NCBI GenBank assembly: GCA_044222185.1
Contig: JBGANV010000003.1
Span: 1 to 64,000, forward strand
Direction of reading: 5' to 3'
DNA from: Planctomycetota bacterium
GTDB lineage: Bacteria > Planctomycetota > GCA-002687715 > CAIWVZ01
Length of the DNA: 64,000 nt
A model generated the notes under the pieces. The model was not told where the DNA came from. It saw only the letters and a list, made by a program, of their open reading frames with translations, and ran no database searches. This document shows, one piece after another, positions 49,613 through 59,046 of this stretch (its first letter is position 1; every line of letters starts with the position of its first letter). Position numbers and translations under genes: made by a program.

Positions 49613-52600
49613 TCACGCGGTGGGCTGGCGCCGGCGGAAGAGGCGCCCGAACACGCGCGCGAGATCGTCCAGGAGCGTGTAGACCACCGGCACCACGATC
49701 AACGTGAGCAGCGTGGAGGAAACCAGCCCGCCCACGATGGCGACGGCCATGGGCTGGCGGGATTCCGAGCCCTCGCCCGTGCTCATCGCCACGGGCAGCA
49801 TGCCGGCGATCATGGCGACCGTGGTCATGAGGATCGGGCGCAGACGCACCGGCCCAGCCGCGAGCAACGCCGACCGGGCATCCCGTCCGTCCTTGCGCCG
49901 CAGGACGTTCGCGAAGTCGATGAGGAGGATGGCGTTCTTCGTCACGAGTCCCATGAGGAAGATGAGTCCCATGGAGACGTAGATGCTCACCGTCATCTTG
50001 AAGATCACGAGCGATGCCAGAGCTCCGACGAAGGCCAGCGGTAGCGTCAGCATGATCGTGAACGGGTGCACGAATGATTCGAACTGTGATGCGAGCACCA
50101 TGTAGATGACGATGACGGCGAGGATCAGCGTGATCTTCATGTTGGCCGTCGTCTCGTTCATGGTGTCGGCAAAGCCGGTCCAACCGGTCGTGTAGCCGGG
50201 GGCCAGCCCCAGTTCCTTCGTGAACGCCTCGATCTCCGTCGTGGCTTCGCCGAGGACCTTCCCGTTCAGGTTCGACAAGACCGTGATCTGCCGCTGCCGG
50301 TTGTAGCGGGCAATTTCCACGGGAGCCCCGATGGTGTCGACGCTCGCGACGTTGCGCAGCTCGGCGAGGCCTCCGCGACGGGCGCGCACCTTCAACGCGC
50401 CGATCAGGTCCACGCGATCCCGCGCACCCTCGAGCAGACGCACGGCGACGTCGTACCGATCGCCGTCGGCCTTGAACGTCGCCACGTCCAGTCCACCGAT
50501 GCCGATGCGCAGCGTCCGCCCGACGTCCGCCGGCGACACGCCGATCTCGGCGGCACGCTCGCGCGCCACGTGGACGTCGGCCTCGGGCTTGCCCGTCTCG
50601 AACGTCGTGTCCAGGTCGACGTAGCCGCCAGCCTTCCGCATGCGGTCCATCAGCCCCTTCGCCACGCGATCGAGCTCCGTGAAGCTCTGGCCCCGGAGTT
50701 CATACTGCACCTGGGCCCATCGGCGCCCGCCGCCGGAGACCCGCGGCACGATCTGCACGGAAACGACCGCGTCCTTGACGTCCGCGAGAAGTCCGCGAAC
50801 GGTCTGCATCACCTCTTCCTGAGTGCGCGCGCGCTGCGCCTTGGGGAGGAGCTTCACGTAGAGCGAGCCCTCGTTCGACCGTGCGAGTTCGTCGGCTCCG
50901 ACGGCATAGAAAGAGTAGACGCGCTCGGGCAGATCCTTGATCCGCGCGGAGATCGAGTCGAGGATCCGCGACGTCTCGCTGACCGAGGCACCCAGCGGCG
51001 CGCGCACCTTGACGTTGAATTCGCTCTGATCCTCCACGGGGATGAATTCGAAGCGCAGCTTCCCGCCGAGCGACCCGATGGACGCGAAGGCCAGGATCGC
51101 GAGCAGCACGACGGCCCAGCGGAAGCGCAATGCCGCCCGCAACGTGCCGCCGTAGAGGTGCTCGAGGCCCGTGAACAGCTTGTCCAGCCCCCGAAAGAGG
51201 ACGTTCATTCGTCCGGGCTTCTTCAGGATGCGCGAGGAGAGCATGGGGTCCAGCGTGAAGGACACGAACATGGACAGGAGCACGGCTGCGGAGACGGTGA
51301 GAGCAAACGACTGGAAGAAGCGTCCGACGAGCCCACCCATGAAGGCGACGGGGACGAACACGGCCACGACGGACAACGTCGTTGCAACGACGGCGAGCCC
51401 GATCTCGTTCGTGGCGAACTCGGCGGCCTCGCGGGCCGGCATGCCCTCCTCCACGTGGCGCATGATGTTCTCCTGGACCACGATGGCGTCGTCGATCAGG
51501 AGCCCGATCGCGAGCGTGAGGCCCAGGAGCGTCATCATGTTCAGCGTGAACCCCAGCGCGGACATCAGCATGAACGTGCCGACGACGGATGCGGGAAGCA
51601 CGAGCGCGCTGATGAACGTGCTGCGGACGTTCAGCAGGAAGAGCAGCACGATCAGCACGGCGTAACCACCGCCGTACACCAGGTGATGTGTGACTTCACC
51701 GACCGCGCGGCGGATGAACGGAGCCTGCTCCTCGGCCATCTCGATGCGGACCCCGCGGGGCGCAAGCTCGACCTTGAGCTTCTCGACCTCGGCCACGACG
51801 GCGTCAGCCACCTCGACCGTGTTCGTTCCCGCCTGGCGGCGCACGGGCAGCGCGATGCAGGGCTTGCCGTCCAGTCGAGCCCGCGAATTCTCCTCCTCCA
51901 AGCCGTCTTCGGCGTGGCCGATGTCGCGGAACTTCACGGCGGCGCCGTTCTTCTCCGAGACGACGAGTTCGTCGAACTCCTCGGCGGACGCAAATTCGGC
52001 GGCGAGCTTGGTGACCACGTCCTTCGCACCGAGCTGGATCTTGCCGCCGGGCATCTCGACGTGCTGGCGTTTCAGGGCATCCACCACGTCGAGCACCGTC
52101 AGTCCGTACTGATCGAGCTTCTTGGGGTCGAGCCAAAGCCAGATCTTGCGGTCGCGAAACCCGATGAGGCGCGCCGACCCGACGTTGCGAATCCGCTGGA
52201 GTCGCTCCTTGACCGTCTTGTCGGCGATCCGCCCGAGCTCGCGGTAGGGCATGTCACCGGCGATGACGACGGAGCAGATCGGCGCCGAGTCGACGTCGAA
52301 CTTCTCGATCACGGGCTCCTCGACGTCGTCGGGCAGGTTCGCGCGGATCGCGGCCACCTTCGCGGTGATCTCCTGGAACGCCACGTCGATGTTCTTGCCG
52401 AGCTCGAACTCGATGACGACCTGCGAGACGGAATCGGCGCTCGTGGAGCGCAGGTGCTTGATTCCGGAGATGGTGTTGACCGCCTCCTCGATCGGATCCG
52501 TGACGGTCGTTTCGATCGTCTCCGGATCGGCGCCGGGGAGCTTCGTCACGATCGTGACGATCGGAAACTCGACGCGTGGAAACAGGTCGACGCCAAGTCG

Positions 52601-52690
52601 CTTGAAGGAAACGGCGCCGAACACCACGAGCGACGCCACGAGCATCGACGTGAACACCGGGCGCGTGATCGCCACACGAGAAAGAAGCAT
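49613..52690 (-). CDS. RND efflux transporter permease (AcrB/AcrD/AcrF family)
   Basis: 1025 aa; GLLIDDAIVVQENI, GLVTKNAILL, RLRPILMTT and GGLVSST. Confidence 0.96.
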   Translation of the reverse strand: MLLSRVAITRPVFTSMLVASLVVFGAVSFKRLGVDLFPRVEFPIVTIVTKLPGADPETIETTVTDPIEEAVNTISGIKHLRSTSADSVSQVVIEFELGKNIDVAFQEITAKVAAIRANLPDDVEEPVIEKFDVDSAPICSVVIAGDMPYRELGRIADKTVKERLQRIRNVGSARLIGFRDRKIWLWLDPKKLDQYGLTVLDVVDALKRQHVEMPGGKIQLGAKDVVTKLAAEFASAEEFDELVVSEKNGAAVKFRDIGHAEDGLEEENSRARLDGKPCIALPVRRQAGTNTVEVADAVVAEVEKLKVELAPRGVRIEMAEEQAPFIRRAVGEVTHHLVYGGGYAVLIVLLFLLNVRSTFISALVLPASVVGTFMLMSALGFTLNMMTLLGLTLAIGLLIDDAIVVQENIMRHVEEGMPAREAAEFATNEIGLAVVATTLSVVAVFVPVAFMGGLVGRFFQSFALTVSAAVLLSMFVSFTLDPMLSSRILKKPGRMNVLFRGLDKLFTGLEHLYGGTLRAALRFRWAVVLLAILAFASIGSLGGKLRFEFIPVEDQSEFNVKVRAPLGASVSETSRILDSISARIKDLPERVYSFYAVGADELARSNEGSLYVKLLPKAQRARTQEEVMQTVRGLLADVKDAVVSVQIVPRVSGGGRRWAQVQYELRGQSFTELDRVAKGLMDRMRKAGGYVDLDTTFETGKPEADVHVARERAAEIGVSPADVGRTLRIGIGGLDVATFKADGDRYDVAVRLLEGARDRVDLIGALKVRARRGGLAELRNVASVDTIGAPVEIARYNRQRQITVLSNLNGKVLGEATTEIEAFTKELGLAPGYTTGWTGFADTMNETTANMKITLILAVIVIYMVLASQFESFVHPFTIMLTLPLAFVGALASLVIFKMTVSIYVSMGLIFLMGLVTKNAILLIDFANVLRRKDGRDARSALLAAGPVRLRPILMTTVAMIAGMLPVAMSTGEGSESRQPMAVAIVGGLVSSTLLTLIVVPVVYTLLDDLARVFGRLFRRRQPTA

Positions 52691-52726
52691 GTTGGGTTCT
52701 CTGCGGGTTCGGGCCAGCCGGGACCG

Positions 52727-53962
52727 TCAGCGCGACTCGGGTGCTGGAGCGTCGTCCTTCAACTTCTCGGGAGGGCCGACGGCGACGAAGTCCTTCTCCG
52801 TGAGACCCTCGCGCACGACCACGCCGTCGCTGAGGTTCTCGGCCACGTTCACGACGAGCCGTCGCAGGACGCCGCCGCGGGCGACGTAGACCACGGCCTG
52901 CCCGCCCTCGGTCGACAGGGCACGCCGAGGCACCACGACACCCGACTCGCTGCGGCCGAGAGTCACGACGCCCTGCACGAATGCACCCGGGATCAGGCGC
53001 CCGCGCCGCGCCGGAGGGATCTTGGCGCGGAAAGCGAAGACGCCGTCGTTCGGGTCCACGGTTCCCGTCGTGCGGTCGACGGTCAGATCCAGCGGCCCGT
53101 CCACCAGCGGCGACTCGAGCGTCACCGTGGTCGTCCTGGCCACCATCCGCTTCAGGTCAGACTCGGGCAGTCGAAGCTCCGCCTCGAGGTCCGTGTCGGA
53201 GACGAGCGTGAGCACCTCGGTGAACGGCGCGTGGTTGACGTAGTCCCCCAGCGTCCGATGGCGTTGGACCACGACGGCCTCCCGCGGGGACTTCACGACC
53301 GTGTCGCGAAGATCCACCTCCGCGAGTTCGAGTTGGGATCTGGCCTCGGCGACCGTCGCGGAGGCCACGGCCAGCTCCGTCGCCGTCGCTCCGGCCTTCG
53401 CCTCGTCGAGCCGGGCCGCCGCTGCGGCGCGCTGGGCCTCCGCCACGGCGATCTGCGCCCGCACCTCTTCGAGCTTCTTCGCCGGCATCGTGTGGTCCTC
53501 CTCCACGAGTCGGCGGAAGCGTGCCTCGTCGCGGCGCAGGTCGTCGAGGCGCGCGTCGATCTCGGCGAGCGCGGCGGCGAGCACGGCCACGCGTTCGGGG
53601 CGAGTACCGGACTTCAGATCCGCGAGCCGGGCCTCCGCGGTCGCGAGCATGGCCTTCGCCGTGGCGACGCGGGCCTGGAACACGGTCGGTTCGACCCGAA
53701 AAAGCTCGGCGTCCTTCGCCACGTGCGATCCCACGTCGATGGGCGCGCCGGCCGCGTCCACGCCCCAGACCGTGATGCGCCCGGCGACTCGCGCGCCGAT
53801 CTGCGCCTGCCAGGCGGGAATGACCCGACCGGACGCGCGAACGGTGGAACTCCCGAGGGGCTTCAGGGGAAGGAGGCGGAAAGTCTCGTCCTGCGCCGTA
53901 GCGACTCCGAAGGTGACGACGGCGGCGAAGACGAACGGCAACGATTGGAGCGCTCGATTCAC
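52727..53962 (-). CDS. RND efflux periplasmic adaptor (membrane fusion protein)
   Basis: IGARVAGRI, VGSHVAKD.ELF, long coiled coil, VKSP, LIPGAFV and VVVPRRAL. Confidence 0.9.
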   Translation of the reverse strand: MNRALQSLPFVFAAVVTFGVATAQDETFRLLPLKPLGSSTVRASGRVIPAWQAQIGARVAGRITVWGVDAAGAPIDVGSHVAKDAELFRVEPTVFQARVATAKAMLATAEARLADLKSGTRPERVAVLAAALAEIDARLDDLRRDEARFRRLVEEDHTMPAKKLEEVRAQIAVAEAQRAAAAARLDEAKAGATATELAVASATVAEARSQLELAEVDLRDTVVKSPREAVVVQRHRTLGDYVNHAPFTEVLTLVSDTDLEAELRLPESDLKRMVARTTTVTLESPLVDGPLDLTVDRTTGTVDPNDGVFAFRAKIPPARRGRLIPGAFVQGVVTLGRSESGVVVPRRALSTEGGQAVVYVARGGVLRRLVVNVAENLSDGVVVREGLTEKDFVAVGPPEKLKDDAPAPESR

Positions 53963-55473
53963 GGGTGGTTCTCCCCCGACGCGGGTCGACTGGAAGCAGA
54001 GGGTTCGACGACGACCGGTGCCGCGAGTGTCTCGGCCTCGTCATCCGCCGTGCCGGCGACGTCGTCGGCGATGGCGGCGCGCAGCTCGTGCCAGGCCACG
54101 TGGACGTCCACGCGCGCCCGGTTCAGTTCGCGTTGCGCCGCCGACCGATCGGCGATCGAGCGAGCGACGTCGGCGCCACTCGCGAGGGCCTCTCGCTGGC
54201 GCGCGCGCGTCTGCTCGAGGAGGCGATCCTGCGCGGCCACGAGGCGCTCGCCGGCGACGATGGCGTCGTACGCTCGAACGAGATCCAGCACGCGCAGGTC
54301 CACCTCGTAGACGACGCCCATCGCGACGAGGAGAGAGCGTTCCCTTTCCACGTCGACCTGTTGGCCAGCCGCGTGGTACTTCCAGAGGGTGCGCGACCCG
54401 TTCAGCAGCGCGTGCGCAACGGTGATTCCGCCCGTGAAGAAGGACGGATTCACGACGTGCGAATTGGACGTCCACTCGAAATCGAACGTGGCGTCGAGCC
54501 GCGGGAAGAACTCGGCGAAGATCTGTCGGACGCGCGCTGCGGCGATTCCGCGCTCGAGATCCTGCGCGCGGACCTCGGGCCGCCTCATCAAGGCCGCCTG
54601 CTCCAGGTCGCGGACCGCCGCTGCCGAGCCGGGCGGCGTGGGCGGCGGCGGCACCGTGGTGTCGATGCGGAACTCCGTCCAAACGGGAAGAGACATGGTG
54701 CGAGCGAGGGCCGAGCGCGCCACGAGCACGTCGCGGCGTGCAAGCGTCTCATCGCGTTCGGCGCGTGCGAGTCCGGCTTCGACGAAAGCCGTGTCGGCGC
54801 CCGCCCCCACGCCTTCCCGCTCGAGCGCGCGGGCGACGCGGACCGCCTCGCGGGCGGATGCAACCTCCGCCCCCAGCAGCTCGGCGTCACTGACGGCTCC
54901 GGCGAGGTGGACGTAGGCCACACGCACGTCGCGGATCAGGGCCTGGCGTGCCCGAAGCGCGGCGAGGCGCTCCTGCATGCGCTCGTCCTTGGCGATCCCG
55001 TAGGCGAACCACGTGGCACCGAAGTCGAAGATCGGAAGGACGAGCCCCAGGGTGAACCGCTCGGTCTCCTTGTCGTCGAAGGCTGCGACGCCCGCCGCCG
55101 CCTTCACGAGCGGATCGTTGTTGCGCTCCTTCACGACGAATCTCGCGTCGCCCTGCGGAAGGAACGCCGCGAACGACGCGCGCACCTGATCGTCGCGGAG
55201 TTGGGTCTGGAGCAGCGTCACGCGGTACGCGAGGTTGTTGCGGAGGGCGATGGATTCGCAGTCCGCGACCGAAAGGACGCGTCCGCGCGCGAGCGCATTC
55301 GTGACGAGGTCGATCCCCCCGGCGGGGGTGACGTCCATGGCGTCGAGGCCCTCGGATGCAACCCGGTCGGCGACCGTGGAGTTGAAGCGGTCACGCTCGT
55401 CTTCGCGCTCGAAGCGCTCGGCGGTGCAGGCGACGAACGACAGCAGGAGAAGGGGTGCAAGCCGTGCATTCAT
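53959..55473 (-). CDS. TolC family outer-membrane efflux lipoprotein
   Basis: Lipobox FVAC; ALRNN, FLPQ, LPIFDFG, ALMRRPEV and FFPRL; ATGA overlap with the tetR stop. Confidence 0.88.
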   Translation of the reverse strand: MNARLAPLLLLSFVACTAERFEREDERDRFNSTVADRVASEGLDAMDVTPAGGIDLVTNALARGRVLSVADCESIALRNNLAYRVTLLQTQLRDDQVRASFAAFLPQGDARFVVKERNNDPLVKAAAGVAAFDDKETERFTLGLVLPIFDFGATWFAYGIAKDERMQERLAALRARQALIRDVRVAYVHLAGAVSDAELLGAEVASAREAVRVARALEREGVGAGADTAFVEAGLARAERDETLARRDVLVARSALARTMSLPVWTEFRIDTTVPPPPTPPGSAAAVRDLEQAALMRRPEVRAQDLERGIAAARVRQIFAEFFPRLDATFDFEWTSNSHVVNPSFFTGGITVAHALLNGSRTLWKYHAAGQQVDVERERSLLVAMGVVYEVDLRVLDLVRAYDAIVAGERLVAAQDRLLEQTRARQREALASGADVARSIADRSAAQRELNRARVDVHVAWHELRAAIADDVAGTADDEAETLAAPVVVEPSASSRPASGENHP

Positions 55474-56144
55474 CGCGCCGGCTCCCTCACGCCGAGGCCG
55501 CCGGAGATGAGCCGCCACAGGAGGTCGAACTGAGTCTCCGCCGGAGGCGCCTGGTCGGCCGTCGCCCAGCGCGCGAGGGTCACCACGAGCACGGCGTCGA
55601 TGAACTCCACCAGCTCCGCGGCGGGAACGTCGCTCCGAACCGATCCCTTGCGCTGGGCGCGCCGGAACGCCTCGACGTCGTGTCGCTTCGCGGCGAAGTA
55701 GGCCTCCAGAGCGTCGCCCCGAAGATTCGAGGGGATGTGCGCGCGGCCGCCCGGGCTTGCCGTGTAGAACGTGCGAAAGAACTGGCGATGGGCGTTGAAG
55801 TACTCGAGGTAGGAGCGCAGGGCCGTCCGCAAGCCGTTGACGGGGTCGGGTTCGTCGTCGAACGCGCGGTGGTGCGCCACCGACAAGGCCGCGCAGTGTT
55901 TCGACACCATGGCGCTGAAGAGATCCTCCTTGCTCTTGAAGTAGAGGTAGAGGGTCCCAGCGGCGCAGCCAGCCTCGCGAGCGACGTCCTGCATGGTCGA
56001 GCGCTCGAAGCCGTTCCTTCCGATGACGGCCTCCGCCGCGTCGACGAAGGCCTCCGCCGTCGCGGCACGCCGGCGCGAGCGGAAGTCGTCGCGCGCCGGC
56101 GCGCGTGCGGGCGCTCGGCGGGATGAACGGCTGTTCATTTTCAT
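55470..56144 (-). CDS. TetR/AcrR family transcriptional regulator
   Basis: AAEAVI..NGFERSTMQDVAREAGCAAGTLYLYFKSKEDLF HTH; first gene of the efflux operon. Confidence 0.93.
   Translation of the reverse strand: MKMNSRSSRRAPARAPARDDFRSRRRAATAEAFVDAAEAVIGRNGFERSTMQDVAREAGCAAGTLYLYFKSKEDLFSAMVSKHCAALSVAHHRAFDDEPDPVNGLRTALRSYLEYFNAHRQFFRTFYTASPGGRAHIPSNLRGDALEAYFAAKRHDVEAFRRAQRKGSVRSDVPAAELVEFIDAVLVVTLARWATADQAPPAETQFDLLWRLISGGLGVREPAR
56123..56138. promoter_or_regulatory. Candidate TetR operator palindrome
   Basis: ATGAAC-GGCT-GTTCAT inverted repeat overlapping the tetR start region. Confidence 0.6.
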
Positions 56145-56338
56145 GATCCGCCGTTTTACGACGCGAGTCGGTGATCTCAACGACGGGGGTCGTGCCGAAC
56201 GCCGCGACCGGTGACCTACCCCCGAAAACCTGCGTGAGCGGCCAGGGCCTCCGCACGACGGGCCGCGATGTCCCCCACGCCGGTTACCCTCCTCGCCGAC
56301 CCTCGACGGAAAGGTGAGGCACAGCCTGTGCGAGTCAC

Positions 56339-56794
56339 ATGATCATGCAAACGCTATTCGACACGGACGCTTATCGGTCCATCATCACGAGGATCAACGC
56401 GCTCACTCCCACGTCTCCGCGCCAGTGGGGCAAGATGGACCCGGCTCAGATGCTCGCGCATTGCGTCGTCGGGTTCGAGTTCGCCACTGGCGATCGCCGC
56501 GGCAAGCAGGCCCTCATCGGCAAGCTCCTCGCCCGCTTCGTCAGGGCGGGCATTCTCGGAGACAAGCCCGTCGGGAAGAACTCGCCGACCGACAAGGCGT
56601 TCATCATGGACACGCCTCACGACTTCCAGGTCGAGAAGGAGCGCCTGCTGGCCATCCTCGCCCGGTTCCACCAAGGTGGGCGCGCGAAGGTCACCTCGGA
56701 CGCCCACGTCTTCTTCGGCAAGCTCTCCGCCGACGAGTGGAGCCGACTCATGCTCCGCCACGTCGATCATCACCTGAAACAGTTCGGCGCGTGA
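56339..56794 (+). CDS. DUF1569 (DinB-like) family protein
   Basis: RINALTP....QWGKM..AQMLAHC and H.FFGKLS..EW......H.DHHLKQFG. Confidence 0.88.
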   Translation: MIMQTLFDTDAYRSIITRINALTPTSPRQWGKMDPAQMLAHCVVGFEFATGDRRGKQALIGKLLARFVRAGILGDKPVGKNSPTDKAFIMDTPHDFQVEKERLLAILARFHQGGRAKVTSDAHVFFGKLSADEWSRLMLRHVDHHLKQFGA

Positions 56795-56809
56795 CGGCGT
56801 CGCCGCCAG

Positions 56810-57553
56810 TCAACTCCGCCAGGCGACGACCTGCGAGAGCAGGGCGATGCACGCCGTCTCCACCCGGAGGATGGACGGGCCCAGCGACACGGCCACGACG
56901 CCCGCGGACCGGAGGGTCTGGACCTCCGACGGCGTGAATCCGCCCTCGGGGCCGACGATGACGATCGCCAGGGGGAACGTCCGCCCTGCCGTCTCGAGAG
57001 CTGTCCGGATCGGCGTCGCCTCCCCGGCGGTGGCCCCGACGCACGCAAAGGCCCCGACCGGAATCACCGCATCGGAAACCGAGAGCGGCTCGTCGAAACG
57101 CGGCAGGAAATCGCGTCCGCACTGCTTCAGGGCGGCGACGGCAACCTTCTCGAAGCGAGCGCGCCGTCGCTCGGCGCGCTCGTTCTCGGGTTGCCAGACG
57201 CCGCGCTCCGTCACCAGCGGGCGGATCGCGGTCGCCCCGACCTCCACGGCCGACCGGACGACGTCCTCGGCCGCACCGGCCCGCGGCAGCCCGCACCACA
57301 GTTCGAGGTCGAACGACGGCGGCCGGGCGGAGGCGACCGCCTGCACGGTCGCACCAAGCACCCGATCACGCATCAGGGCCGTCACCCGAACTCGCGCGGA
57401 CCTGCCCGACCCGTCGAATGCCGTGACCTCGTCGCCCACGCGGACGCGGTTGACGGCCGCGAGATGCCGCGCTTCCTCGCCCTCGAACACGACGTCACCC
57501 TCGTTCAGGGGCGCGGCGACCTTGAATCGCATCAGGCTCATCGGGGCCACCAT
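56810..57553 (-). CDS. rsmE: 16S rRNA (uracil1498-N3)-methyltransferase
   Basis: ARHL..V.R, EVG...I.PL.TER, AALKQCGR, VGPEGGFT..E and LG..ILRVETA. Confidence 0.93.
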   Translation of the reverse strand: MVAPMSLMRFKVAAPLNEGDVVFEGEEARHLAAVNRVRVGDEVTAFDGSGRSARVRVTALMRDRVLGATVQAVASARPPSFDLELWCGLPRAGAAEDVVRSAVEVGATAIRPLVTERGVWQPENERAERRRARFEKVAVAALKQCGRDFLPRFDEPLSVSDAVIPVGAFACVGATAGEATPIRTALETAGRTFPLAIVIVGPEGGFTPSEVQTLRSAGVVAVSLGPSILRVETACIALLSQVVAWRS

Positions 57554-57561
57554 AGCGAAGG

Positions 57562-58977
57562 ATGACGGACCTGTCCGACGGGGCCCGGCGCAGCCATAAT
57601 CGGCCCATGCCGAACGCGAACGACGCGCAACCGAAGTCTCGGAAGATCACGAAGCTCGACATCGACAGGCGGCTCTTCACCGAGGCTCCACCGGCGCACG
57701 GCCCCAAACGGACGCTGATCCAGCTCGGGCGTTTCGTGTTCCTTCTCATGCAACGGTTCCGGCGCGATCACGGATTCCAACGCGCGTCGGGCCTGGCGTT
57801 CTCGACGATCATCTCGCTCATTCCGCTCGCGGTGCTGTTCTTCAGCTTCGCCGGGATGCTCGGGGGCGGAGACCGGATCATCCTGTACGTGCGCGAGAAG
57901 GTGTTCCCCCTCGTCGCACCGGACTTCCAGGCGCAGCTCTCCACGTGGCTCGACGAGTACATTTCGACCACGGCGTTCCACCAGGGACCCACGGGGGTCG
58001 TGAACGTCGCCGCCATCGTCGGCTTGCTACTCGCCGCGTTCGCCGTGATGGCGACGGCCGAGCGCTACATGAACGCCATCTGGCATGCCGAGGGCCGCCG
58101 CGGCTACCTGAAGAAGCTCATGAGCTTCTGGGTGATCCTCACCGTCAGTCCGTTCCTGATTCTGCTGTCGATGTACGTCAGCGAGTTCCTCGTGCCGCGC
58201 GGCGGCGCCGTCGAGCAGCTCGTCGACCAGCACTGGATTCTCAGTTCGGCCTATCGCTTCATCGTGCCAGTGCTCATCGGCTTCCTCGGCTTCACGACGG
58301 TCTACGCCGTCCTTCCGGCGACGCACGTCCGGATCACGAGCGCGGCCACCGGAGGGCTCGTCGCCGCGATCCTCTGGGAAGGCTGCCGCCAGGCATTCTT
58401 CCTCTACGTCCACCGCGCGACGGCGATCACGAGCTTCTACCCCAAGCTGGCATCACTCCCCCTCTTCCTCATCTGGATCTACCTGAACTGGGTCATCGTG
58501 CTGTTGGGCGCTGAGATCGCCTACGTCCACCAGTGCTTCACGGCCCTCGTGCGTCAGCACGACCGGGACCGCGACGGCAACCGCTACTCGCGGATCTACC
58601 TTGGATTGGGCCTTCTCGCGCGCCTCGCCAACGCCTTCGACCGCGGCACGACGCCGCCATCGCTCGTCCACGTCGCCGACGCGATGACCGTCGCACCGGA
58701 GACACTGGAACCGATCGCCGAGATCCTCGTCGCCGACGGAATCCTGATGGAGGACGGGCGCAAGCCCGGCCACTTCGGGTTGGCCATCGCCCCCAAGGCG
58801 ATCCGGGTGCGGGACGTGGCGACGCGGCTGCTCGTCACGGAGTTTGGCGTCGAGTCCTCGACGGCAAACCTGGATCCGACCCGCCTCGGCGTCCACGACG
58901 CGTGGGTCGCGGACGCGTGGTCGGCGTTCCTCGCGCGGCTCGATGACCGAACGTTCGCGGGCGAGGCATCGCGCTGA
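57562..58977 (+). CDS. YihY/virulence factor BrkB family inner-membrane protein with C-terminal winged-helix-like extension
   Basis: ASGLAFSTIISLIPL, E..MNAIW, SLPLFLIWIYLNWVIVLLGAEI; soluble tail (L...GIL....G.F.LA..P..I.V.DV). Confidence 0.88.
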   Translation: MTDLSDGARRSHNRPMPNANDAQPKSRKITKLDIDRRLFTEAPPAHGPKRTLIQLGRFVFLLMQRFRRDHGFQRASGLAFSTIISLIPLAVLFFSFAGMLGGGDRIILYVREKVFPLVAPDFQAQLSTWLDEYISTTAFHQGPTGVVNVAAIVGLLLAAFAVMATAERYMNAIWHAEGRRGYLKKLMSFWVILTVSPFLILLSMYVSEFLVPRGGAVEQLVDQHWILSSAYRFIVPVLIGFLGFTTVYAVLPATHVRITSAATGGLVAAILWEGCRQAFFLYVHRATAITSFYPKLASLPLFLIWIYLNWVIVLLGAEIAYVHQCFTALVRQHDRDRDGNRYSRIYLGLGLLARLANAFDRGTTPPSLVHVADAMTVAPETLEPIAEILVADGILMEDGRKPGHFGLAIAPKAIRVRDVATRLLVTEFGVESSTANLDPTRLGVHDAWVADAWSAFLARLDDRTFAGEASR

Positions 58978-59046
58978 TGCCTGATGCCGTCGCGCCAGGC
59001 GGGACCGCCGCCACCGCAGCGATTCCGTGTTGCGCCGGCGCGCGGC

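Noticed and set aside
50570-54310. 1246-aa plus-strand ORF
   Set aside because: Antisense shadow of the RND, MFP and TolC genes; Arg/Gly/His-rich with no motifs, as expected in high-GC DNA.
55474-56256. N-terminal extension of the TolC ORF (apparent 765-aa protein)
   Set aside because: Overlaps tetR in another frame; the lipoprotein signal starts at 55473.
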